Virus record (IMG/VR): IMGVR_UViG_3300027749_000058
Span: 1-64,000 of that record
Origin: a virus
Strand: one strand, 5' to 3'
DNA length: 64,000 nt
Position numbers and translations under genes: made by a program. The notes beneath the pieces are model-generated. The model ran no database searches. It saw only the letters and a program-made list of their open reading frames with translations, and was not told the DNA's origin. Below, piece by piece: positions 19,415 through 28,289 of the stretch (its first letter is position 1; each line of letters starts with the position of its first letter).

Positions 19415-19462
19415 CAATAAAATTTGATTGTTTGAAAAAACTTTCTTATCTTTATAAAAAAA

Positions 19463-19733
19463 ACGGACAGAGGGTTTATTTTCAGTGGTGGTTTCCCATA
19501 CTCACCCATGAGATTTGTAATTTTCCTCTTTAAACTAAAAACAAATCCAAAATAAAACACGGGAGGATTATAAGAATGGTATTCTTTGTCTACCCTTAAT
19601 ATGATAAAATTAACCAAGTCTTTTTTAGTTGTTTTTGACTTTAAATAAAAACAGAAAGATGTCCTCTTTCAGGGTAAACGGAAAATCAACCCATCTACAA
19701 ATGATTCCACAATTTTTCCTGACGGGGAATTCT
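19463..19733 (+). ncRNA. Structured ncRNA, copy 3 (diverged)
   Basis: Promoter 19423/19447 (TATCTTTA); ggaca/tgtcc; agagg/cctct; tccc/ggga; gatttgt/acaaatc. Confidence 0.7.
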
Positions 19734-19764
19734 AAGGAGACACGACGGTGTCTCCTTTTTTTTT
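19734..19764 (+). terminator. Intrinsic terminator closing the ncRNA array
   Basis: aaggagacac-gacg-gtgtctcctt followed by T run. Confidence 0.85.
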
Positions 19765-19798
19765 GTGATATTTAACTATTTATAATAAAATAGAAAAA

Positions 19799-20809
19799 AT
19801 GTCACAACCAGCAATAACAACACCTTTAGCGTATAATCCAAGTTTATCACCAATTTCAGGAACAGACCAAATTGGAACATTAGCGGTAGGAATTACTGAC
19901 CAAGATTACAGTATAAATCCAGGAGGGATAAAATGGTGGATGGGAGCCGATGAATTAAATGGTTATGTTATTGCCGTTCCTGTTTCAGGAGATACTCAAC
20001 CAACACCAATTTCTGGAGTAACCGCATCTGTTGGGTTTTTTCAATCAACAAATTTAACCGATAATTCTTTTATTGAATTAACAAATAATGAGTTTAATCA
20101 AAATTTTACTGGTGCAACCGAAGCAAGTATATGGTTAACAAATAATGGTTATTGGAATTCATACCCTGCCCCTGTTTTATATTTGGATGCTGGTAATTTA
20201 TCAAGTTATCCTGGTACAGGGACTGTTTGGACTGATTTGGTTGGTGGAAAACAATTTAATTTAATTAATGGACCAGGATATGACCCAGGAAATGGTGGTA
20301 AATTTTATTTTTATGCCGCAGGTAGTCAATACGCCAACTGTTCAACAAGTTTACCATCACTACCAAAATTTACAACAGCAATTTGGCATTATTGGGATGG
20401 TAATAATACAGGTGGATTACCTTGTATATTATCTGAAGTTTATACTAGTAGTATTAACTATTTTGTTGGAGCACCTCAAGGTGTTATTGCTCAAGGAGGA
20501 TATTTTAATGGAGGATTTCAACTTTCACCTCAATTTACGTTAACACCAAATACTTGGTATCAGATTGTTACAACTTGTGATTCAAGTCAAGTGGTTAGAA
20601 TTTATCTTAACGGAACATTAATTAGTTCAACACCTACAACAGGTCCTCAACCATCTTCAAGTAATGCTGGAATAAACTTAATGAGAAGATGGGATAATGC
20701 TGAATTCTGGGGAGGTTATTTATCCACCGTTGGAATTTATGATAAAGCATTAACACCAGGACAAATTTCTGGAATCTATAACTCAACTAAATCAAGATAC
20801 GGATTATAA
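19799..20809 (+). CDS. Virion/tail protein with LamG (concanavalin A-like) domain
   Basis: LYLDAGNLSSYPGTGTVWTDL...WYQIV...RIYLNG...IYDKALT. Confidence 0.8.
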   Translation: MSQPAITTPLAYNPSLSPISGTDQIGTLAVGITDQDYSINPGGIKWWMGADELNGYVIAVPVSGDTQPTPISGVTASVGFFQSTNLTDNSFIELTNNEFNQNFTGATEASIWLTNNGYWNSYPAPVLYLDAGNLSSYPGTGTVWTDLVGGKQFNLINGPGYDPGNGGKFYFYAAGSQYANCSTSLPSLPKFTTAIWHYWDGNNTGGLPCILSEVYTSSINYFVGAPQGVIAQGGYFNGGFQLSPQFTLTPNTWYQIVTTCDSSQVVRIYLNGTLISSTPTTGPQPSSSNAGINLMRRWDNAEFWGGYLSTVGIYDKALTPGQISGIYNSTKSRYGL

Positions 20810-20834
20810 TATATTTATTAGTCAATGACATACC

Positions 20835-21347
20835 ATGGCTATCAATCAAAAAATATTCGCATATAATACAGGATCGTTAATTTCAGGAACCACTCAAGTC
20901 GGAGACATTGCGGTTAGTGAGATTAACGTTGAATATAGTAACAATTATGGTGGTCTACAATGGTGGGGTGGACCAGATGAAACTAATGGTTATGTGATAG
21001 CACATACTGACCCATCAGGTAGTCATAATGGTGAACCATCAACACCTGCTTATTTAGGATTTTGGAGAAGTAACGGACTTACAGACCAATCTTTTTTAGA
21101 GTTATGTAATTCAATTCCTCCAAGAATTGGATATCCTCCATTTACAAATACTTTAGATGCTTCAGCTTGGTTATACAATAATGGATATTGGACATCATTT
21201 ATTTCTTCAACACCTACAACAACACCCACAATAACACCTACAAACACTCCAACACCAACATCAACCCAACAATACTTTTTATTATTTGAGGATAGTTCAA
21301 TTGCTACGGCAGAAAATAACAATAATATTGAAATAGATATAATATAA
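20835..21347 (+). CDS. Virion protein sharing its N-terminal domain with 19799
   Basis: AYN..ISGT.Q.G..WWxGxDExNGYVIA shared; PT-repeat linker. Confidence 0.7.
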   Translation: MAINQKIFAYNTGSLISGTTQVGDIAVSEINVEYSNNYGGLQWWGGPDETNGYVIAHTDPSGSHNGEPSTPAYLGFWRSNGLTDQSFLELCNSIPPRIGYPPFTNTLDASAWLYNNGYWTSFISSTPTTTPTITPTNTPTPTSTQQYFLLFEDSSIATAENNNNIEIDII

Positions 21348-21360
21348 AAAATAAATTAAA

Positions 21361-21867
21361 ATGGCAAATACAAAAATTAGTGCATTACCACTATACACAG
21401 GAGACACCAATGGATCTTATTTTGTTATGGATAATAGTGGGCTAACACAAACATATAAAGTAACAAAAGAAACATTATTTAGTGGGTATTCAACAAATGT
21501 GGTGTCACCAGTCTCAGGAAGTTGGACTTTGACTACAGGTGCAAACACAGTTAGTTTTACAGTTCCTGCAGGTCAATCATATGTTATGTGGGTGAATGGT
21601 AATATTCCGAACGGTATTATTAATTGGAACGCAACAGTAACACTATCAAACTCAAACGTACCTGTAATAGGTGTACAGTATGGTTGGTATTATCTTGCAG
21701 GAAATGCTTTAGTTTTAACATCAATACCAAGTCAGATAGTTGGAACCGCCGGAAGTATTAGTACTACATCACCAGCAGTTTCAAATACAAATACATTTAC
21801 ATTTGGAATAACTAATAACAGTGGCACATCTCAAATAGTATATTACGGATATATTAAAGTAAGTTAA
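21361..21867 (+). CDS. Putative tail/fibre accessory protein
   Basis: MANTKISALP start; beta-rich Thr/Ser/Gly composition. Confidence 0.55.
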   Translation: MANTKISALPLYTGDTNGSYFVMDNSGLTQTYKVTKETLFSGYSTNVVSPVSGSWTLTTGANTVSFTVPAGQSYVMWVNGNIPNGIINWNATVTLSNSNVPVIGVQYGWYYLAGNALVLTSIPSQIVGTAGSISTTSPAVSNTNTFTFGITNNSGTSQIVYYGYIKVS

Positions 21868-21948
21868 ATTCACCATCAATTTTTGACACAACTAAATCAA
21901 GATACGGATATTAACATATTTATTATTCAATAAGTAAAATATTAAACT

Positions 21949-22191
21949 ATGGAACTATTAAAAACAATTAAAGAAAGATGGGATGCTGAAACTCCATTAT
22001 TCTTCGTAAAAATTAAAAAAATGGCATTAACTTTGGGAACATCTGCAACAGCAGTTCTATTAGCTAATCAATCATTATCATTAGAATTAGATGGAAACAT
22101 CTTATCAATTTGTAAATACGCAATTGCAGCATGTGTGGCAATGGGTATGACATCACAACTGACAATGGTACCACCAACTAATCCAAAGTAA
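21949..22191 (+). CDS. Two-TM small membrane protein (holin-like)
   Basis: RWDAETPLFF followed by two hydrophobic helices. Confidence 0.5.
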   Translation: MELLKTIKERWDAETPLFFVKIKKMALTLGTSATAVLLANQSLSLELDGNILSICKYAIAACVAMGMTSQLTMVPPTNPK

Positions 22192-22196
22192 TTAAA

Positions 22197-22332
22197 AACT
22201 CATCCCCATCTTCACGGTGGGGATTTTTGTTTATCCAATCTATTTATATTAAAATAATTTATGCCGAAAAAAATAGTAAGATTAACAGAATCTGAATTAG
22301 CTAATATTATTAGAAACGTAATTAAGGAACAA
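22197..22332 (+). repeat. Terminator + TATTTAT + leader-coding cassette, copy A
   Basis: Similar to 23495-23631, including the identical aactcatccccatcttcacggtggggatttttgtttat. Confidence 0.8.
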
Positions 22333-23490
22333 AAGAATGTTAATGAAATAATTTTACCTAATATAGATTATAACTATTGGAAATCTAAAGCTGACTCTAA
22401 TGCGGAAAATCCTGGAAATGGGACTTTTGCTACGATGGTTACGACATTAAAAAAACATTTACCAAAAGGAAGTGTTATTTTGAATTACTTGAATGACCCT
22501 AAAGTGGGTGAACATAGTATGAAAAAAATAATTGATAAAGCGGTTAAATTGGCGGATGAATATAGAGACACAACTTTTTATAAAAACAAAGATTCATTAA
22601 CTTTACCATCACCCGTTAATGAAAATTCATTATCTAATTTTATTAATCAAAATGTTTTATTGTTGGGTATTTTTGATGCCATTATGGGTTGGGGGGGTAA
22701 TTCTATAAGAATGTTTTATAATAATGAAAATTCTAATAGAAAAAAATTTGAGGAGTGGTTGCATCATTATAAAGAAGCTATTGAGTTAGTTAAAGAAGGA
22801 TATTTTCAAAATGCTTTACATAAATTTGATGATATACCAGGAATTGATATTTCATTTGCATCTAAGCATTTATGGTTTTGGGGATTTTATTGGAAAAATA
22901 GAGGATATTTGAGTAATAAGGAAACAACTCATGTATATGATACAAGAATTGCTAGAATGTTATTCGGAAAAAAGGCTGAGGTGACCGACTATGATTTGGC
23001 GGAAAAAGAATATGCCAACATAAGAAAAAAATATAATTTAGATGATTATTCTTTTTCTGATATTGAGAAATCTTTATTTTCTTTCTCTAATCAATATTTC
23101 AATAACGAATTAACAGAACTGATGAAAGGTAAAGTTCCGTTAAGCAGAGATGAGGTTGCCAATGGTAAAGATGGGAAAGAGGCTTTAAGGATTTTTGATA
23201 TTAGAAAAAATGAAAGTAATGAAACTCCGTCATCAATTAATAAATGGAAATATGTTAAAAAAGATAAGAAAGAAAAAACCCCTGAAGTATCTCAAGAACT
23301 ACCAAAATCAAAAACATTTGGTAATCTACAAGGAAGTTTTTATGTTGAAAAAGATGCTGTTATGAATTACCCTTGGGTTAAAAGTTATTTAACAAATATA
23401 CCATTTACATCAAGATATAGTGGAAAAGATTATTGGGAAGTAAAACCAAAAAAAGCAAAGGAATTGTTTTTAAAATTAACAAACAACTAA
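22261..23490 (+). CDS. LTESEL-leader protein with HhH/OGG-like glycosylase-fold domain
   Basis: IPGIDISFASKHLWF...VYDTRIAR...DIEKSLF resembles the helix-hairpin-helix OGG-like family. Confidence 0.5.
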   Translation: MPKKIVRLTESELANIIRNVIKEQKNVNEIILPNIDYNYWKSKADSNAENPGNGTFATMVTTLKKHLPKGSVILNYLNDPKVGEHSMKKIIDKAVKLADEYRDTTFYKNKDSLTLPSPVNENSLSNFINQNVLLLGIFDAIMGWGGNSIRMFYNNENSNRKKFEEWLHHYKEAIELVKEGYFQNALHKFDDIPGIDISFASKHLWFWGFYWKNRGYLSNKETTHVYDTRIARMLFGKKAEVTDYDLAEKEYANIRKKYNLDDYSFSDIEKSLFSFSNQYFNNELTELMKGKVPLSRDEVANGKDGKEALRIFDIRKNESNETPSSINKWKYVKKDKKEKTPEVSQELPKSKTFGNLQGSFYVEKDAVMNYPWVKSYLTNIPFTSRYSGKDYWEVKPKKAKELFLKLTNN

Positions 23491-23494
23491 AATT

Positions 23495-23631
23495 AACTCA
23501 TCCCCATCTTCACGGTGGGGATTTTTGTTTATTAAAGATATTTATATTAAAATAATAATATGTCAAAAAAAATAATAAGATTAACTGAATCTGATTTGGT
23601 AAGATTGGTTAAAAGAGTAATTAAAGAACAA
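23495..23631 (+). repeat. Terminator + TATTTAT + leader-coding cassette, copy B
   Basis: See copy A; a third related terminator lies at 23915-23948. Confidence 0.8.
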
Positions 23632-23901
23632 AGTGAAGAAAGTCCTAAGTTTAAACATAGACTTGGTTGGAAATTTGATACGGATAAAGAACATTGGTAT
23701 GATGAAGGTGACCGCCCTGTAAAGGATTCCGATGACTTTGATGATTATGATGAAGAAATGGAATTTGGACCTGATGATTACGAAGAATTTATAAATCAAA
23801 CAAAAGGATTTAAGAATAAATGGAATCCATCATCTAGTAAACATTATTATGACAGATATACACGACATCATCCATTAAAATTAAGAAAGAAAAGTTATTA
23901 A
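23560..23901 (+). CDS. Hypothetical protein with LTESDL leader
   Basis: MSKKIIRLTESDLVRLVKRVIKEQ. Confidence 0.7.
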   Translation: MSKKIIRLTESDLVRLVKRVIKEQSEESPKFKHRLGWKFDTDKEHWYDEGDRPVKDSDDFDDYDEEMEFGPDDYEEFINQTKGFKNKWNPSSSKHYYDRYTRHHPLKLRKKSY

Positions 23902-23968
23902 AATAACATAACTTAAATCCCCACTCACAAGGTGGGGATTTTTGTTTATAATAGGTATTTATAGATGT

Positions 23969-25255
23969 ATGAGAGATTTAATTAAAAGAATATTAAGGGA
24001 AGAGGTTGATAAGTTATCAATCGAAGATAAGATACGTAATTCAATCGAATATAAGATACGTAATTATTCTGGTAATGACCGTTACCTTAAACAACTGAGA
24101 GAAAAACTTGTAAATAAGAATGAGGAATTGTCGAATAATGAGATTTTATTAGCCAAGGGTCAATTTGATTTTACTCCGCCAAAAAAAGAAACAACAATAA
24201 GTAGTGTTGTATATGAAGACAAAGTCATACAAAATTTACTTATGGAAAAAGGAAAAATAGTATATAATGATTTATTAAACTCTAAATTATCTGATTTAGT
24301 AAATAAAATAGTTAATGACGAATTAAAAATAAGAATAGGAAAACCTAACGATAATTGGTTTATAATTAATTACAATTTTTTAGTAAATTTTAATTCGGAT
24401 ATAAAAGCATGGGGGCAAAATGAGGTGTGGTTTGAGGGAACTAAAATGACTATAAAGGCTAAAATTGACGAATTAAAGACTAAATTGGATAATAAAGATT
24501 TTAACGCAATATTAGAATCTGAAACGTGGAGTAGTTTAAATAAAATTAATACACACTATGTTTTTTGGGCAGATGAAATAACAAAAAGACAAAAAAATAA
24601 AAATTTGAGTGGTACTAATGTTGAAGTTATTGAACAATATTTTAAAAAAAGAAAAATTAGTGAATTGAAAAATGAGTTACCTGACAATTGGATTAATCTA
24701 ATTAATGAACTTAAAATAACATATATGAGCTTTGCTGATATAGATTTAATTAAAAAATTTATAAAAGAAAGCAGTAAAGAATTTAAAAATATGAAAGAAA
24801 AAATTCAGAATACTACAAATAAGGGAGATGAAAGTGAAGATAAATTTATTGAACTTATCACTAACCCTGTCTATAATACTCTTGGTAAAGTAAAAAATGT
24901 TAGAAAATATGCAACTGCTGGCAATATCATTGATATGGTTTTTGGTATAGATTTATCTGCAATATTTTTTGACGGATATAAAATAATTCAAGTTAAAAGT
25001 AAAGAAAGTAATGCTAAAACTGCATTCATTAAAAAATTAGGAATACCTTATTTATCCGTGTTTCCAACAGATTTGGATAAGAAAGAATTTGGGTATTTTT
25101 CAGAAAAAAATAAAGATTATTCACGAAACTTCAACGAGGATTATCTACAAAATCCTAAAACAATTGAACCTACTTTAAATTATAAAGATAAAGAAAAAAT
25201 AAATTTAGAAAAAAGTTTGGGTAATCCATCAGTTGATTATTACCCTTCTAAATAA
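23969..25255 (+). CDS. ILREE-leader protein with C-terminal PD-(D/E)xK-like nuclease domain
   Basis: GDESE...DMVFGIDL...IIQVKS; ATG at 23969 after TATTTAT. Confidence 0.55.
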   Translation: MRDLIKRILREEVDKLSIEDKIRNSIEYKIRNYSGNDRYLKQLREKLVNKNEELSNNEILLAKGQFDFTPPKKETTISSVVYEDKVIQNLLMEKGKIVYNDLLNSKLSDLVNKIVNDELKIRIGKPNDNWFIINYNFLVNFNSDIKAWGQNEVWFEGTKMTIKAKIDELKTKLDNKDFNAILESETWSSLNKINTHYVFWADEITKRQKNKNLSGTNVEVIEQYFKKRKISELKNELPDNWINLINELKITYMSFADIDLIKKFIKESSKEFKNMKEKIQNTTNKGDESEDKFIELITNPVYNTLGKVKNVRKYATAGNIIDMVFGIDLSAIFFDGYKIIQVKSKESNAKTAFIKKLGIPYLSVFPTDLDKKEFGYFSEKNKDYSRNFNEDYLQNPKTIEPTLNYKDKEKINLEKSLGNPSVDYYPSK

Positions 25256-25274
25256 TTTTTTATACCTTTACATT

Positions 25275-25535
25275 ATGGCAGTAAAACCAACAACATCAAA
25301 AGAGGTTATTAAACCCACCAAATGGGAGGTTGTTTACGAAGATGAGGATTCTATATCTATTTGGAGATATAACTCAAAAATAACCACCTCAGGACCCGTA
25401 GAAGTGGAATACAAATGGAGGAGGAGTTTTAATCCTTGGAATCAAAAGAAAAAAACATTAGGGGAACTTGCAAAAGAGGAAAAAAAGAAACAGAAATTAG
25501 AGAAGTCTCAACTTGGAATCAATTATGCGTCTTAA
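25275..25535 (+). CDS. Hypothetical protein
   Basis: ATG at 25275. Confidence 0.55.
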   Translation: MAVKPTTSKEVIKPTKWEVVYEDEDSISIWRYNSKITTSGPVEVEYKWRRSFNPWNQKKKTLGELAKEEKKKQKLEKSQLGINYAS

Positions 25536-26150
25536 TTCTAATAGGGTTTTCTTATCTAAAGAGTTAACAACCTCTGATGTGTTTTCAATAACAAGTTTAC
25601 TAAGTAAAGATTCTTGAACGGGTTTTTCATTAACCTCAGATACATCATCAAACGAATAATCACTTTCTTCGTAATTATCATATTCTGTTTGTCCATTATC
25701 ACGACCATCCCACATATCCCAATTACCATCACTTCTTTGTTGATGAGCGGAATCTTTTACCCAGTCTTCATCGTAGGAGTCAAATTCCTGTACTTTATAA
25801 TCGGTATAAGTACAAGTACCCCACACACTATAATTTAAATCGTAACTTTTTGCAAGAGGTATTTCTAATTGTTCAATTAGTTCCTTATTTTTCATTTGTT
25901 CACCATTATTAGCAAAAAATTCAGCAATTGTATCACCATTAATTTCTAAAAACTTTGCAAAAAATTCAACATCTTCATGAGTTGAACTGATGTTAAAATA
26001 TTTTGAAACATCTTTTAATGTGTTATATAAATTTTCAAAATTATAATCATAAGGATTACCAATAGCAAATTCCTCATCAATTAATTTTTCAGAAATGAAC
26101 ATTAATTGTTTTTTTGGTAATCTTGAAAATTGACTTTGTTGTGCAGCCAT
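25497..26150 (-). CDS. Acidic hypothetical protein
   Basis: ATG at 26150 after minus-strand TATTTAT. Confidence 0.6.
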   Translation of the reverse strand: MAAQQSQFSRLPKKQLMFISEKLIDEEFAIGNPYDYNFENLYNTLKDVSKYFNISSTHEDVEFFAKFLEINGDTIAEFFANNGEQMKNKELIEQLEIPLAKSYDLNYSVWGTCTYTDYKVQEFDSYDEDWVKDSAHQQRSDGNWDMWDGRDNGQTEYDNYEESDYSFDDVSEVNEKPVQESLLSKLVIENTSEVVNSLDKKTLLELRRIIDSKLRLL

Positions 26151-26191
26151 ATTAATAAATATTAAAAAAGGTGAGATTTCTCTCACCTTCA

Positions 26192-26512
26192 TTAATTAAG
26201 TTTTTCTTTAAAATTATTTAAGATTGATAATATGTTTTCTCGTCCTACAGGATTTGCTGAATGACAATTAAATTCAGGTAATGGTAAACCGTTAGTCCAA
26301 CAATATTCACATAACCATTTAGCACAATCATATCCTGTTTTTTCATCAATTTCTCCTAAATCATGATCAAAAGAAATTTCTTTAGGTATGCCATTTTTTG
26401 TAATCCATTCTACAAATTCAGGATAACTTCTAACGATATCCCACCCTTCAGTTTTAGGAATTCTTATGTCGTCCAAATATAACTTTCTCAATTGGGTTCT
26501 TTCTTTCATCAT
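26192..26512 (-). CDS. Cyclic-phosphate-processing receiver-domain protein
   Basis: LYLDDIR, ISFDHDLG, TGYD, HSANPVG motifs. Confidence 0.8.
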   Translation of the reverse strand: MMKERTQLRKLYLDDIRIPKTEGWDIVRSYPEFVEWITKNGIPKEISFDHDLGEIDEKTGYDCAKWLCEYCWTNGLPLPEFNCHSANPVGRENILSILNNFKEKLN

Positions 26513-26705
26513 TTTTATAAGATTTATGACCAACAATTTGGTACGCTTCCATTAAGGAATTGTTAGCAATATTAATTAATTTTTTAACTTTTTTTATTCT
26601 TTTTGTTAATGGATGATTAACTAAATGGTCTTCTATCGTGCTTGCTTGGACATGTAATCTATCCATTAACTCCAAATAATGACCATCATTTATTTTATTT
26701 TTCAT
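26454..26705 (-). CDS. Hypothetical protein
   Basis: ORF track, operon packing. Confidence 0.5.
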   Translation of the reverse strand: MKNKINDGHYLELMDRLHVQASTIEDHLVNHPLTKRIKKVKKLINIANNSLMEAYQIVGHKSYKNDERKNPIEKVIFGRHKNS

Positions 26706-27382
26706 GGGTAATCAATTTCTTTGGTTTCAGTATCATAATTTATAACAATTGGTTTGTTTGAGTGTTCATATCGTTCATCAAGAACAGAAGCATTTAAAAA
26801 CTCAACACCATGAAAACTTTTTTGTCCGTAAGCACAATGGATGTGTCCACAAACATGTATTTTTGGTTGAACTTCCATGATTCTGTGAAATAAGTCTTCA
26901 CAACCAACTCGTTGACCAGTCATAGTCCAATCTAACATTCCGTGAGCAGGACCGTGAGTGATTAGGATGTCAGTATTACCAGGGATTTTAGCCCACTTTT
27001 CAGCAAGTTTTTCTCCTCTTGGTAAGTTGAACGCCCAATCATAAAATTCAGGTTGCCAAGGACTACCGTAAAACTTTATTCCATCAATTTCAACACCACT
27101 ATCAAAAAGATAATGTACCCCCTTTTCTTTATATTCATCTGCAATGTCATGATTTAATTCAAATCCAAAATCATGATTCCCTGCGATAAATATTTTGTGA
27201 GTGAAATCAGTATTAGAAAACCAATCTAAGAAATTCTTGATTTCATGACTTTTTCCCATACTGGTACAATCACCCGAATGTACAAGAACATCACCACTAC
27301 CCAATATGTTGCCCATCCCCTTACTGGTAAGGTAGTTGTGCTTGTTGTGGGTATCTGATATAAAAACTATTTTCTTGTTCAT
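26702..27382 (-). CDS. Calcineurin-like metallophosphoesterase (MPPED-like)
   Basis: SDTH, HSGD, AGNHD, ITHGP, GHIH. Confidence 0.9.
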   Translation of the reverse strand: MNKKIVFISDTHNKHNYLTSKGMGNILGSGDVLVHSGDCTSMGKSHEIKNFLDWFSNTDFTHKIFIAGNHDFGFELNHDIADEYKEKGVHYLFDSGVEIDGIKFYGSPWQPEFYDWAFNLPRGEKLAEKWAKIPGNTDILITHGPAHGMLDWTMTGQRVGCEDLFHRIMEVQPKIHVCGHIHCAYGQKSFHGVEFLNASVLDERYEHSNKPIVINYDTETKEIDYP

Positions 27383-27538
27383 TTCATTTATTTTTTAACT
27401 TAACCAATCTTTATCTTCATCATCCAAATTTAAAAAATCATCATCTTTATAATAAATTCCTCGAACCCAAAGGTACGAAATTATTGCAACAACTGCAACC
27501 ATTAATAAATAAACTTTACACATATATTATAATTTTAA

Positions 27539-28141
27539 CTAATCCCACCATGATTTCATTCCTGACCCATCAAACCATTCGTTCCAAAGTTCTCGTTCTC
27601 TTTTTTCTTCCTCTGTCTGAGCATCGTACAATTTACGATATTCTTTTACATCTTGCCCCTGAATTATTGACCATAATTCTTTCCATTCAGAATCTTCAAT
27701 TTCTCGTGCCCTCTCAAAAATTTTCTTATTATGGATACTTTCTTCCTCAGTATCTTCTCTCTCAGTCCATAACCAGTCAGAATTTTTTATTTTGCCTAAC
27801 TCTGATTCTGCCTGACTAATATATTCATCACTACGAACATTCTTAATTAGTTGAATTGCTCGTTTCATTTTTTCAATTTTTTTCATTCTTGATTCATCAA
27901 CCTCATGACCATAATGTTCGATTGTATCTACAGTCTTTTCTAAAGAACGACGGAACAAATCAAGATTGTAGGAATAATCCCAAGAACGAAACGCATACAA
28001 TTCTTTTCTGAAGAACCAAATGTTCTCTAAAAAATACGGTAAATCTCTACGAAAAAATTCATAGATTTTATACCACCAAGTTTGATGTCTTGATAATGTT
28101 TTAAGACTTTTCCAAAAACTATCGGCGAATGTTACATTCAT
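27539..28141 (-). CDS. Hypothetical protein
   Basis: ATG at 28141; Trp-rich, ends MKSWWD. Confidence 0.6.
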   Translation of the reverse strand: MNVTFADSFWKSLKTLSRHQTWWYKIYEFFRRDLPYFLENIWFFRKELYAFRSWDYSYNLDLFRRSLEKTVDTIEHYGHEVDESRMKKIEKMKRAIQLIKNVRSDEYISQAESELGKIKNSDWLWTEREDTEEESIHNKKIFERAREIEDSEWKELWSIIQGQDVKEYRKLYDAQTEEEKRERELWNEWFDGSGMKSWWD

Positions 28142-28289
28142 AATTAATATTTTTACAAATATAAGAAAAAAAATAAGACCCGACAAAATAAATTTCGCGG
28201 GTCTTTTGGAAAAGTGATATATGAGAACACTCGTAAGAGTGATATGTATATAAATATAGTAAAGTACTAAAAAATCTGAACTCTCGACA

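Larger units (their letters stand above)
18792..19733 (+). repeat. Three tandem ~311-bp promoter+RNA units starting 18792, 19104 and 19415
   Basis: Each begins caataaaRtttgaY-gtttgaaaaaact-tcttatcttt. Units 1 and 2 are nearly identical; unit 3 is diverged. Confidence 0.95.

Noticed and set aside
19402-19617. 71-aa minus-strand ORF in repeat unit 3
   Set aside because: No equivalent ORF appears in units 1 and 2, and conservation follows base pairing rather than codons.
18792-19733. CRISPR array or TIGR-like guide array
   Set aside because: Units are ~311 bp with their own promoters, with no short constant repeat and unique spacer pattern. No cas or Nop-domain gene was seen in the window.
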